Virus record (IMG/VR): IMGVR_UViG_3300025617_000006
Length of the DNA stretch: 64,000 bases
Direction: 5' to 3' (one strand)
Source of the DNA: a virus
Position numbers and translations under genes: made by a program. Shown here piece by piece: positions 1 to 8,922 of the stretch. The notes beneath the pieces were generated by a model that did not search any database, had not been told where the DNA came from, and saw only the letters and a list, made by a program, of their open reading frames with translations. Position 1 is the first letter of the stretch. Each line of letters begins with the position of its first letter.

Positions 1-131
1 GCATTGTCAATAAAAACCCACATAGTTTCAGGACCTTCATATACATGAGATCCTTCTAACTGCTCATTGTTGACCTGTCCTAAATACTCATCTGGTTTAG
101 GATAGTTAAATTGTTTTCTAATAATTGTCAT
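1..131 (-). CDS. 5' part of a tail-fibre assembly chaperone paralog (runs off the left edge; not in ORF track)
   Basis: ATG at 131 after GAGGTAAGGA. Translates MTIIRKQFNYPKPDEYLGQVNNEQLEGSHVYEGPETMWVFIDN..., which aligns with the N-terminus of 1629..2354 (FTYDVPDDYLAQTND...YNGPDKIWVFID). Confidence 0.8.
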   Translation of the reverse strand, partial: MTIIRKQFNYPKPDEYLGQVNNEQLEGSHVYEGPETMWVFIDN

Positions 132-146
132 TTTTATCCTTACCTC

Positions 147-869
147 TTAATAATACACAACGTAAACTAGTCCGCCAGCGCCGGGTGAACCGCAACAACA
201 ACCTTCACCGTATGCTTGTGCAGACATGCCGCCACCGCCTGGAAATAATCCAAAACCTTGCGATCCGCCCCATGCACAACATCCGTTTGGTCCGTTTCTA
301 AATCCGCCGCGTCCTGGAGGATCACCAATCATTTGGTTACCTCTATCATGACAGTATTGACTTAATTGTGCTGTACTTTGTGTTGCGCCAACTCCAAAGT
401 CCATTCCGCTAAAGCCGTGTACACAATAGCGCATTCTGCAACATGAATAACAAGTTCTGTACATGAAACATTCTGTACGTAAAACTCTACCACCACATGC
501 TCTTGCACACCAGTTACCTGATCTACATACGTATGAGTCACAACCTTGTTGACAGTTTCCTTTTTGTCTACAGCAAGTTGAACCCGCCGCACAAATTGTA
601 TACTGCTGTCCTGCCGAAACTTCTACTGCCCGTTGTCCATAACTTCCGCCTGTTGACGGATATCCCATTTGGCAACAGCACCCGCCGTCGCCTGCGGCTC
701 CACCGCCCCAAATTTCAAACGAAGCATATGCTACACCTGAAGGTACTGTCCATAAGCAACATCTTCCACCATTATTTGGAGAAGTAGTGCTTGTGTTATA
801 TACCGCAATCTCTCTAGGAATTGCTTTAGGATCGTCGTATCCGAATAAAAAATCTCTTAATGTTGACAT
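147..869 (-). CDS. Cys-rich glycine-rich protein (24 Cys/240 aa), putative fibre-tip/receptor-binding protein
   Basis: Motifs NGGRCCLWTVP, FEIWGGG, GGCCCQ, GGSY, FPGGGG, GAGGLVYVVY. This is the phage glycine-rich fibre-domain scaffold; paralog of 885..1625 and 2375..3106. Confidence 0.7.
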   Translation of the reverse strand: MSTLRDFLFGYDDPKAIPREIAVYNTSTTSPNNGGRCCLWTVPSGVAYASFEIWGGGAAGDGGCCCQMGYPSTGGSYGQRAVEVSAGQQYTICAAGSTCCRQKGNCQQGCDSYVCRSGNWCARACGGRVLRTECFMYRTCYSCCRMRYCVHGFSGMDFGVGATQSTAQLSQYCHDRGNQMIGDPPGRGGFRNGPNGCCAWGGSQGFGLFPGGGGMSAQAYGEGCCCGSPGAGGLVYVVYY

Positions 870-884
870 ACTACTATATTCTCC

Positions 885-1625
885 TTATGTTGCAGTGTAG
901 TAAACTGTTACTAATCCGCCCATTCCTTTTGCTCCACAATAACATGTTTCATTGTGTGTTACACCTGATGCGCCGCCGCCGCCTGGGAATACTCCGTGGT
1001 CTCCTTGGTCTTGTCCATGTGACTTATAACAACCCGAACGTGACATTCTAGTGCTTCCTGTAAACGGAGCACTAGGCATAAATTGGTGTGTGTCCGATGC
1101 ACAGTGAGCAGATCCATGTCCGCCGCCTGTTGTGCCGCACATTGCTAGTGTAGCACCGTTAACACATCCGCAGTTAAACATTTGACATCCACTATATGAA
1201 CAATTTTGTGAGTAAAAACATTTTGAAACGCCTTCACTGCCACCCGATGAACACATGCAAAATGAACTCGGTCCGCAAACAAAACTTGGAAACCCTCTAC
1301 AACTTACACAACGCGAGTGACAACAAGTTGAACCTGCCGCGCAAATTGTAAAATTTTGACCTGCATCAACTTCAATAATACGTCTACCATAAGATCCTGA
1401 TCCGCCGGACCAGCCTTGTTGACAACAACATACTCCTGCACCCGGTCCGCCGCCGCCCCAAACTTCAAATGCCGCCCATGATGCTCCTGCTGGAACTGTC
1501 CACTGACAGCATGTTCCACCATTGTTCTGTGTGGTAATGTTTGTATTATATACACGTAAACTTCTCAGCGGTGCTGAACCAGTTGAAGAAGTTCCGTACT
1601 GTAATAAGGATCTTAAACTTGACAT
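885..1625 (-). CDS. Cys-rich glycine-rich protein (23 Cys/246 aa)
   Basis: Same motif set (NGGTCCQWTVP, FEVWGGGG, GVCCCQ, FPGGGG, GMGGLVTVYY). Confidence 0.7.
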   Translation of the reverse strand: MSSLRSLLQYGTSSTGSAPLRSLRVYNTNITTQNNGGTCCQWTVPAGASWAAFEVWGGGGPGAGVCCCQQGWSGGSGSYGRRIIEVDAGQNFTICAAGSTCCHSRCVSCRGFPSFVCGPSSFCMCSSGGSEGVSKCFYSQNCSYSGCQMFNCGCVNGATLAMCGTTGGGHGSAHCASDTHQFMPSAPFTGSTRMSRSGCYKSHGQDQGDHGVFPGGGGASGVTHNETCYCGAKGMGGLVTVYYTAT

Positions 1626-1628
1626 TTA

Positions 1629-2354
1629 TTATTCTCCGTCTTCTTCGATAATATTAACCATTGCTTGATCAGCACCTGGTTCTACTGGAAAGTTAACCAT
1701 GTATGCCGGAAGTTCATCATCAGTACCATGACCAAACAATGCTGGTAAATCACGTAATTCTTGTCTGTAATCTAACCATACTTGCTTAGTTGCCGCAGGC
1801 ATGTCGTCTGCAATTTTACTGTCTGACGCTGTTAACATATTGTTTCTAACAATAATTAATTGATCCCATGATGTCCAAGGCTGTTTCCACTGCATTGTCC
1901 ATGTGCCGCCTGTATATGAATCTCCTGCATCGTTAGCAGTGCCATCCATATTATACTGGCATTCATCTAATTCGTAAGTGTGATCAACATCAGTTGGTGT
2001 CGGTCTTTCGTAAGTTGTACCATCTGGTAGATCAATTACTAAGTTTGTTTGACCTTGTACTGTGTCCCATTCAACCTTTGCATCAAATAATGAGCAAAGT
2101 ACTGGGTCAGTACTACAATCAATTTTTACTTTATATTGATCATGTGGTACTGGATAGTTTTCACCATCCTCTTCTTCTGTCAAAACAAGTCTTGACGTAT
2201 CTGAACGTCCGGTATCCCTATCAATGAATACCCAAATTTTATCTGGCCCGTTATAATCCGCAGTTGCAGTATTAGCATCGTCGTTTGTTTGGGCGAGATA
2301 GTCATCAGGTACGTCATATGTAAACGTTGCTTGAATAATTGTATTACTTGGCAT
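1629..2354 (-). CDS. Tail-fibre assembly chaperone-domain protein
   Basis: C-terminal RNNMLTASD...DMP...WLDYRQELRDLP...FPVEP matches the phage tail assembly chaperone signature R-x-x-L-L-x-x-S-D...W-x-x-Y-R-Q-x-L-R-D-L-P. Confidence 0.8.
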   Translation of the reverse strand: MPSNTIIQATFTYDVPDDYLAQTNDDANTATADYNGPDKIWVFIDRDTGRSDTSRLVLTEEEDGENYPVPHDQYKVKIDCSTDPVLCSLFDAKVEWDTVQGQTNLVIDLPDGTTYERPTPTDVDHTYELDECQYNMDGTANDAGDSYTGGTWTMQWKQPWTSWDQLIIVRNNMLTASDSKIADDMPAATKQVWLDYRQELRDLPALFGHGTDDELPAYMVNFPVEPGADQAMVNIIEEDGE

Positions 2355-2374
2355 ATGTTTTCTCCATTTTCCTA

Positions 2375-3106
2375 TTAACTATAACTAACTTTAACTGCGC
2401 CGGCTTGTCCCCAGCCACCCCAGCAACACGGTTCTCCGCAAGCCGCGCCGCCGCCGCCGCCGCCTCCTGGAAATCCTGCTAAACAATGGAAACATGATCC
2501 AGTGTTGGTAAATTCACCCGCGCACCAGTCTCTCGATCTTCTTGCAACACTGAACATTCCTGAACCTGTTACAAAGTTCCACATTTGGTTGTGGCAATAT
2601 TGACTTCTTTTTGAACTTCCTGAAATTTGTGGAAGTCCCCAATCGCCTGTACCGCACTGCCATACAAATGATGGATCACAAGTATATGCATCAGTAAAGC
2701 AACACGCTTTACCTGCACAACCGCCAGGTGCACATGTTGTGGAAATTGACGAACCAGTTACAAAACTCGGATATCCGTTTCCTCCAATACAGCCAAAACA
2801 GCAACAAACTGTTGAACCGCCTGCACAGACTGTGTATTGACAGCCAGCCGTGGTTGAAACTGTACGAATAGCGTACGATCCGCCTGCCGCCGGTCTGTTC
2901 GGAAATTGGCAACAGCAACCGCCGTGGCCGCCACCGCCGCCACCCCATAATTCAAATGTAGCGTTAGCAGTATTTGCTGGTACAGTCCACAAACAACACT
3001 TACCACCGTTACCAATGTCTGTATTGTAGTTATAGACCCAAAACTGTCTCTGTACACCTGATTTTGCCGGTTCCACATCCGAAAGTAAACTTCTAAGTGA
3101 TGCCAT
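2375..3106 (-). CDS. Cys-rich glycine-rich protein (24 Cys/243 aa)
   Basis: NGGKCCLWTVP, FELWGGGGGG, GGCCCQ, FPGGGGGG, GQAGAVKVSY. Confidence 0.7.
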   Translation of the reverse strand: MASLRSLLSDVEPAKSGVQRQFWVYNYNTDIGNGGKCCLWTVPANTANATFELWGGGGGGHGGCCCQFPNRPAAGGSYAIRTVSTTAGCQYTVCAGGSTVCCCFGCIGGNGYPSFVTGSSISTTCAPGGCAGKACCFTDAYTCDPSFVWQCGTGDWGLPQISGSSKRSQYCHNQMWNFVTGSGMFSVARRSRDWCAGEFTNTGSCFHCLAGFPGGGGGGGAACGEPCCWGGWGQAGAVKVSYS

Positions 3107-3123
3107 AGTTTTGTTTTCCTATC

Positions 3124-3450
3124 TTATGTTCCGCTAATAATCCAACCATAAGTTGCACCTGTATATACAAGTGTAACTGCTACGTTGTCAATATCTAACG
3201 TTAAATCTTCTGTTCTATTCTGAATTTTTGCGCCATTACGTGCTACAGTAACGTTTGAGGAACTAAATGCTCCCGTTACGTCAATAATCTGTACAGTATC
3301 GTTTTCAAGTAGACTAGTGCTAATCGGAAGCGTAATAGTAATGCCTCCTGATGTACACAAAATTCTATCGTTGATCACAGCACTGTAAGAGGATCCTGTA
3401 GTTCTAAGTACAGTACCAGCGGTTCCAGTTGTAGTAATATATCTTCCCAT
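3124..3450 (-). CDS. Small virion structural/adaptor protein
   Basis: ITITLP...DTVQIIDVTGAFSSSNVTVARNGAKI...LVY...GW resembles the beta-domain common to T4 gp9/gp10-like and marine phage fibre proteins. Preceded by TAAATA and an RBS. Confidence 0.6.
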   Translation of the reverse strand: MGRYITTTGTAGTVLRTTGSSYSAVINDRILCTSGGITITLPISTSLLENDTVQIIDVTGAFSSSNVTVARNGAKIQNRTEDLTLDIDNVAVTLVYTGATYGWIISGT

Positions 3451-3471
3451 TGTTGTATCCTTCTATTGTAT

Positions 3472-3789
3472 TTATGCCGATGTCTCAATACCGAATAGTA
3501 CTGCACTGACATTACCTGAACTTGATCTTACAACCAGTTTCTTGCCAGCATCCATTACGATACCAGATCTTTCTAGTACACCGTGGGCTAACACTTCTGT
3601 TTCCCATTCAATGTATTCTGCTCCAGTTGGAGTATCTGCAGATGCTACTGCTACTTGAACTCCGACTGCTTGATTACCTCTATTACACACCGATAGTGTT
3701 ACAACTGCATAATTGTCAGTTGGCACAGTATATACGGTGGTATCAGTCGCCGCTAATAAATCGCTTGCTCCTAGTCTTCCTGATGCCAT
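3472..3789 (-). CDS. Small beta-rich virion protein (paralog family with 17516..17845 and 25167..25517)
   Basis: Shared pattern: YTVP/YEAP/LTVP, then L-S/V-x-C/A-N, then a terminal VSAVLFGIE / LDCVMSFVE / LSATVSYLE. AGGAG RBS. Confidence 0.6.
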   Translation of the reverse strand: MASGRLGASDLLAATDTTVYTVPTDNYAVVTLSVCNRGNQAVGVQVAVASADTPTGAEYIEWETEVLAHGVLERSGIVMDAGKKLVVRSSSGNVSAVLFGIETSA

Positions 3790-3801
3790 ATTATTTCTCC
3801 T

Positions 3802-6800
3802 TTATCCCATCAAAAACATATTTAGCGCCACAGGTGCTCCATCAACTCCGCCGCGGAAGTTAAATTGAGCGTCAACGTTAATTGGTACTACTGTAGTTGT
3901 AGTAATTTCCTGTCCGGAAATTTGTACAAGACCAGCAATAATTTGGTTAACGTTAAGAGTACTTGCACCACCACCAATCTGTGACGTAATATATGTTCTA
4001 ATTGCTCGTTGTGTTGGTACAATACTGTCGCTGTTTGCGGAGAATGTACCATCGGTGCTAAACTCGTTAATAGTTGCGCCTGTGTTACCAAGTGCAATAT
4101 CACCAAGTTGTAGTTCTTGCAACCCTGAAATATTAAATGCGTCAGCATTTAGTGTTGCAATACCAGTTGACTGTTCAACGTTGAACAATCCACCTACCCT
4201 AAAGTTACCATCTTGGTCAGTACTTGTGTAGAACACTCGTCCGCCACCACCTTCAACAGTTTCTGAATCTGGTTCTGGATCTTGTAATGGAATATTAGGA
4301 TAATTTGTATTTGTAAAGTTACCTGTTCCGATATCTAGGAAGTCGTGTCCTGTTAATCGTACCTGCGAATATCTAATTCTTACTTCAGCATCTTCATTAT
4401 GCTCAGGTGCAGTGTCAACTGGAAGGTCCGGAGATATTTGTAACTGTGCAGAGTATGGTCCTGTTCCTCTTAAATTAGTAATAGCAACTAACTTATAGAA
4501 TACATTATTTTGACCGGTAAACTCAATATTAGAACCTGCTCTTGGAATTTCTCTCATACCAGATACTTGGATATATTTTCCTGGTTGATATCTATCCATA
4601 AAGCCGCCGCCCCATCGTACCTTACCATTGGTACTGTATGTTGCTTCACTAGTAGTATCAATTGGAACAGATGTCAACGGGTCTTCGTAAAGTTCAAATG
4701 TATCAGCAGTTAAAACTTTAACATAAAAGTCTGACGGATCAAAGAACTTGATCATTCCAAGTACTTCACTGATATTAACTTTAGTGCCGTCTACTGTAAT
4801 TCCGTGACCCACTGCTGTAACAACTGCTGGGCTTGCTTGTGAAACTCCTGTAATAGTAATTTCGTTTTGTGTAGCACTAATGCTAGCCACTGCTGTTTCA
4901 AATCCTTGACCTCTGCCAAGATTTGATCCTGCCGCAAATGTTGGCTGTGCAAGAACGCCGTCGCCAATTCTAACCTCTAAAGGAGCATCAGTAGTATTAC
5001 TTGGATCTGTAATAGTAATTGCCGCTGTTTCGTCATACCCTTGTCCAGGTTCAATAATCTTAATTTCAGCAATTTTACCATCTGCAACTTTTGCTCTACC
5101 AATTGCTCGGATTGTTGTACTTGAGCCGTCTCCAGCCGGTGTACTAAATGTCACTCTTGGAGTAATATCATAAGTTGTTGTACTATCTAATAGTGTTAAA
5201 ATTGATTCTCCAATAATATGATCCCAACCAGGAGTATCATCGGAATATTTCTTTACTGTTGCTTGTTTAGTACCAGCATTGTACGTATCAATATAAGCAT
5301 ATTGTCCTGCACCTAATCCTGCTGTAATCCAAATAGCCATTCCAACTAATGCACCTGATGCGTTAGTATCTGTATTCGAAATTGTAATACTTGTAGCATC
5401 ACCAATCTGCGCCGCGTTTGAAACTGTGACGTAATCTTCGCCGCCGTATTCTTCATCAGTATTAAGAAGTCTTACTTCCATAATACCCGCTGTTCTAGTT
5501 ACTGGAGTAACAGTACCAATACCAAATCCGTCGCCTGTAATAACAATGTTTGCATTACCGCCATCTAAGTCATAATCACGACCTGCGTTTGTATATTCTA
5601 ATGCAAGTACTCGATCACCATCAGTAATAATATTACCAACTACGGCTTGTTGTGCTTTGTTATCAGCATATGCTATAATTGGAACTTCAGTTGCATCAAC
5701 GCCTTCTGCAACTGTACCAAATGTACCATAAGATGAGTTACCGTTTGTAGCACGAATCTTACCACCATTCTCTGCTAGGTAACCGATATGTCCGTAGTAT
5801 GAGAATACTGAAACAAGTTCTGTTCTACCTAAGTTAGTACACCATACACCGATACCATCTGATAATACTTGTGTAAAGTCGTTTGCAACAATAGAATCAT
5901 TACCGCCAGCGTGTAAGTCGCCGTCAATTTTAAGTCCAACACATGCAGTACCAAAAGTTGTTACGTTTTGCACATAACATGATTTGTTTGTTACCCAAAC
6001 TGCTTTGTGCCCTGTTCCCCAACCCGGATCTAGCGATACATATGCACCTGCTGTTGGTCGTTTTGTACCGTACAAGTTATCTGCACCGAGCACACCTGAT
6101 AGTCCTGTAGTTGTACAGTTACGTAGCCCTGTGCCGTTTCTTACTAGGAACATATTTTCTAATAGCGAACCGTTAACAGCATTTACATATTGTTCAGCGG
6201 CTCGTAAGCCTTTGTAGTTCCCAGTGTATATAATGTCGTTTTGTACTGCTTCGATGTAACGTCTAACATCACGCTTGCATGATGCTTTTAGTGCGTCTGT
6301 GAAAGTGTAACTTGGAAAATCAATTTCAATCTTTTTAATTACATCTTCAACCATAAATTCTTTATTTTCTTCAATCCGCAATACTGAATCAGTATAGCCT
6401 GCTGAAGTAATTGGATCATTAACACCAGACATCGAAACATCTGAACCAATTGCATTAAGATCAAAATCAATCTTGTTCTTAATTGCAGTGACAACTGCCG
6501 CCGCCGCTGTGCCAGCCGCGCCCGAGCCTGCTGGTAGTGCTACGTCTTGATCTAGTGGGTTTCCAACTTGTTTTGTAATCGCTGTGTTTGTACAAATATC
6601 ATCAATAATACTAGCCAAGTGTACAAGTCCTGCAAGTGAATATTGTGTATCACTTGAATCAACTAAACTACTAGCCGGTGAAATTTTAGTAGAACGTAGT
6701 TCGTCACCAACTACTGCACAACTTTCTGGAATCACCATCGGAAGTACTTCGTTAAATTGGCCTGTTTTTACAAATAATGAATCATTAGCAATGATCTCGG

Positions 6801-8880
6801 CCGGTACATCATCAGTGCTATCAGCAAGTAATGCATTTCCAGCAATTGCTCTTAAATTATTTAAAATAGTTTGTGCTTCGGGCTCTTCAGTAATTGTACT
6901 ATCAGTAATTTGTAATGTTGGATTTGCAACACTACGTAATGTTTGATAGTCAGTCGCCGGAGTGTCCTGTGTAATAACATCGTCAATTAATGTAGTTACA
7001 AACTCTAAAGTTGCTTTAAATTCTGCTGTAATGCCATCATTAGATACATAATACTGATCAGCGGCGCTATCAAAATATGCTAAAGTTTCTAATCTTGTTC
7101 GCTTATTACCACCATGTGATAAATCCCAAACAAGTGCATCAATAAATGTGCCTAAATCTCTACGCCAATCTGCCGCAGTATACGTAAAGGATCCGGTAAA
7201 CGGTGAACTTGAATTAACAACTTGTGTGTCAACCCAACTTAAAACTTCGTCTTGAATAAATGCTTTGTTACGCTTTAATAACTGAGTAGCATACGGTTTC
7301 CTTGCGCCTTTTTCAATTTGTTGTAGCCCAAAATTAACTGTTTTAAATGGTTTGTCAAGAGTAACACCTGCCGCTGGAACATCTGAGTCAACACCATCGG
7401 GTGAAGTATAATATACCGCGTCTAATTGGCCGAAATATGCCCATTCCGGAGTATCACCAAGTTCATTAACTTTTAATACCTGTCCTGGTGCACCAACTGG
7501 AAGTCTTGTAGGTCCTGATCCACTGTAGTAAACAAGGTCACCTTGTGTAGTTAAGTTTCCTGCTTCAGCGCCGCCGGATAACAAATTCCAAAAGTTACCA
7601 TCAGTGTCTTGGTCTGGTCTGTTCTGTCCTGCACCAACTTCTTCAGATGTATGTGATGCAATACAAACATACGAGTTTACATCGTTAATGCCGCGTACAA
7701 CATCCCCTTTATCATAATAAACATCGTCTTCCCAAGGACCTTTCCAATATAGCCCTTCGTTTAGTTTGTCCCAGTAAACTGCATCTGGAGGTCTGTTACC
7801 TGTACCGTCTGCAAGTGCAATAAATGTCCAACCACCAAGCCTAACTACATCGCCAATTTTGTAAGCAAAATCATTGTCGTAATCGCCGCGGAAAGTAAAT
7901 CCTGTTGTAAATAAATCCCATTCGGTTGGATTATTAAACGGTACTTGTCCAAAATTGTTTGTGATTGAAATATACGAATAACCGCCGTATGTTACAACAT
8001 CGCCGGGCTGGTAGTTTACATTGTTTTGCCAACTATCTTCAAATTCTAATCCTGGTACAAAGATTGCCCAGTTATTTTCATCTGCCGCTAGTGTTGCACC
8101 CGATGTATGGTACGATGTACAAATCCAAATATCTGAACCATATTTTACAACATCGTTAATTTTATATCTTGTAGAAGTTGTCCAGTCTTGCTTGTATTCA
8201 ATACCCTTGTGAATATAATCCCACTTTGCTTGATCTGCTTCAAGACCTAATGTGTCAGTTAATGCCGCAGTGTGGCCTGTGTTACAAAAGTATAACTGTC
8301 CACCATAACGAACAACATCACCGGCTTTATAACGTGTAGTGGCTGTCCAAACGTTTTTCCATTCTTGTCCGTTTGCAAATGTATCCCATTTAGTACTATC
8401 TAATTCTAAACCGTCTGCGCCATCTGCCGCAGATGTGTGTTCTTCTGTACACAAATACATAACGCCGCCATAACGGACAACATCGTTAACTTTGTACCTA
8501 GTTTCAACACCCCAAGATCCTTGCCAATCAAAACCTTCTGAAAATAAATCCCATTTAGTTTGATCTAACTCAAGTCCGTCGCCTTCAGTTCCTGCTGACG
8601 TATGTCCTGTGTTACAAACGTATAACAATCCGCCGTATTTTACTACATCGTTTGGTTTGTATACTGTTGTTAGAGCCCATGTGCCCTTCCACTCAGTACC
8701 GTCTGCTAATAGGTCAAAATACCCAATATCAGTGTCAAATGAGTTTCCGCTGATGTGTCCTTGGTTAACGATATATGTACGTCCACCGTATCTGACAACA
8801 TCATCTTTATAATATTGTTTTGAAGATGTCCATGCACCTTTCCATATAAATCTAATTCTACCAAGTTTAAATTCAGCCAT
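3802..8880 (-). CDS. Large tail fibre/spike protein: N-terminal CBM5/12-like repeats plus predicted beta-helix (pectin-lyase-like) region
   Basis: 1692 aa. About 8 repeats of W-x5-Y-x2-(G/N)DVV-x-YGG-x2-Y-x-C-x3-HTS, then AVVGDELRST...MFLVRNGTGLRNCT and YTSTDQDGNFRVG motifs. Confidence 0.75.
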   Translation of the reverse strand: MAEFKLGRIRFIWKGAWTSSKQYYKDDVVRYGGRTYIVNQGHISGNSFDTDIGYFDLLADGTEWKGTWALTTVYKPNDVVKYGGLLYVCNTGHTSAGTEGDGLELDQTKWDLFSEGFDWQGSWGVETRYKVNDVVRYGGVMYLCTEEHTSAADGADGLELDSTKWDTFANGQEWKNVWTATTRYKAGDVVRYGGQLYFCNTGHTAALTDTLGLEADQAKWDYIHKGIEYKQDWTTSTRYKINDVVKYGSDIWICTSYHTSGATLAADENNWAIFVPGLEFEDSWQNNVNYQPGDVVTYGGYSYISITNNFGQVPFNNPTEWDLFTTGFTFRGDYDNDFAYKIGDVVRLGGWTFIALADGTGNRPPDAVYWDKLNEGLYWKGPWEDDVYYDKGDVVRGINDVNSYVCIASHTSEEVGAGQNRPDQDTDGNFWNLLSGGAEAGNLTTQGDLVYYSGSGPTRLPVGAPGQVLKVNELGDTPEWAYFGQLDAVYYTSPDGVDSDVPAAGVTLDKPFKTVNFGLQQIEKGARKPYATQLLKRNKAFIQDEVLSWVDTQVVNSSSPFTGSFTYTAADWRRDLGTFIDALVWDLSHGGNKRTRLETLAYFDSAADQYYVSNDGITAEFKATLEFVTTLIDDVITQDTPATDYQTLRSVANPTLQITDSTITEEPEAQTILNNLRAIAGNALLADSTDDVPAEIIANDSLFVKTGQFNEVLPMVIPESCAVVGDELRSTKISPASSLVDSSDTQYSLAGLVHLASIIDDICTNTAITKQVGNPLDQDVALPAGSGAAGTAAAAVVTAIKNKIDFDLNAIGSDVSMSGVNDPITSAGYTDSVLRIEENKEFMVEDVIKKIEIDFPSYTFTDALKASCKRDVRRYIEAVQNDIIYTGNYKGLRAAEQYVNAVNGSLLENMFLVRNGTGLRNCTTTGLSGVLGADNLYGTKRPTAGAYVSLDPGWGTGHKAVWVTNKSCYVQNVTTFGTACVGLKIDGDLHAGGNDSIVANDFTQVLSDGIGVWCTNLGRTELVSVFSYYGHIGYLAENGGKIRATNGNSSYGTFGTVAEGVDATEVPIIAYADNKAQQAVVGNIITDGDRVLALEYTNAGRDYDLDGGNANIVITGDGFGIGTVTPVTRTAGIMEVRLLNTDEEYGGEDYVTVSNAAQIGDATSITISNTDTNASGALVGMAIWITAGLGAGQYAYIDTYNAGTKQATVKKYSDDTPGWDHIIGESILTLLDSTTTYDITPRVTFSTPAGDGSSTTIRAIGRAKVADGKIAEIKIIEPGQGYDETAAITITDPSNTTDAPLEVRIGDGVLAQPTFAAGSNLGRGQGFETAVASISATQNEITITGVSQASPAVVTAVGHGITVDGTKVNISEVLGMIKFFDPSDFYVKVLTADTFELYEDPLTSVPIDTTSEATYSTNGKVRWGGGFMDRYQPGKYIQVSGMREIPRAGSNIEFTGQNNVFYKLVAITNLRGTGPYSAQLQISPDLPVDTAPEHNEDAEVRIRYSQVRLTGHDFLDIGTGNFTNTNYPNIPLQDPEPDSETVEGGGGRVFYTSTDQDGNFRVGGLFNVEQSTGIATLNADAFNISGLQELQLGDIALGNTGATINEFSTDGTFSANSDSIVPTQRAIRTYITSQIGGGASTLNVNQIIAGLVQISGQEITTTTVVPINVDAQFNFRGGVDGAPVALNMFLMG
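7590..8850 (-). repeat. Tandem ~50-aa carbohydrate-binding-like repeats within 3802..8880
   Basis: Repeated YKxNDVVKYGG...YxCxxGHTS...LELDxxKWD units in the translation; boundaries approximate. Confidence 0.75.
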
Positions 8881-8922
8881 TTTTGGTTCCTAACAATGTG
8901 TTAATACTATTTATCATAGTTG

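Noticed and set aside
147-3106. Diversity-generating retroelement targets or a RiPP cluster as explanation for the Cys-rich genes
   Set aside because: No reverse transcriptase, no template/variable repeat pair differing at adenines, and no modifying enzymes in the window.
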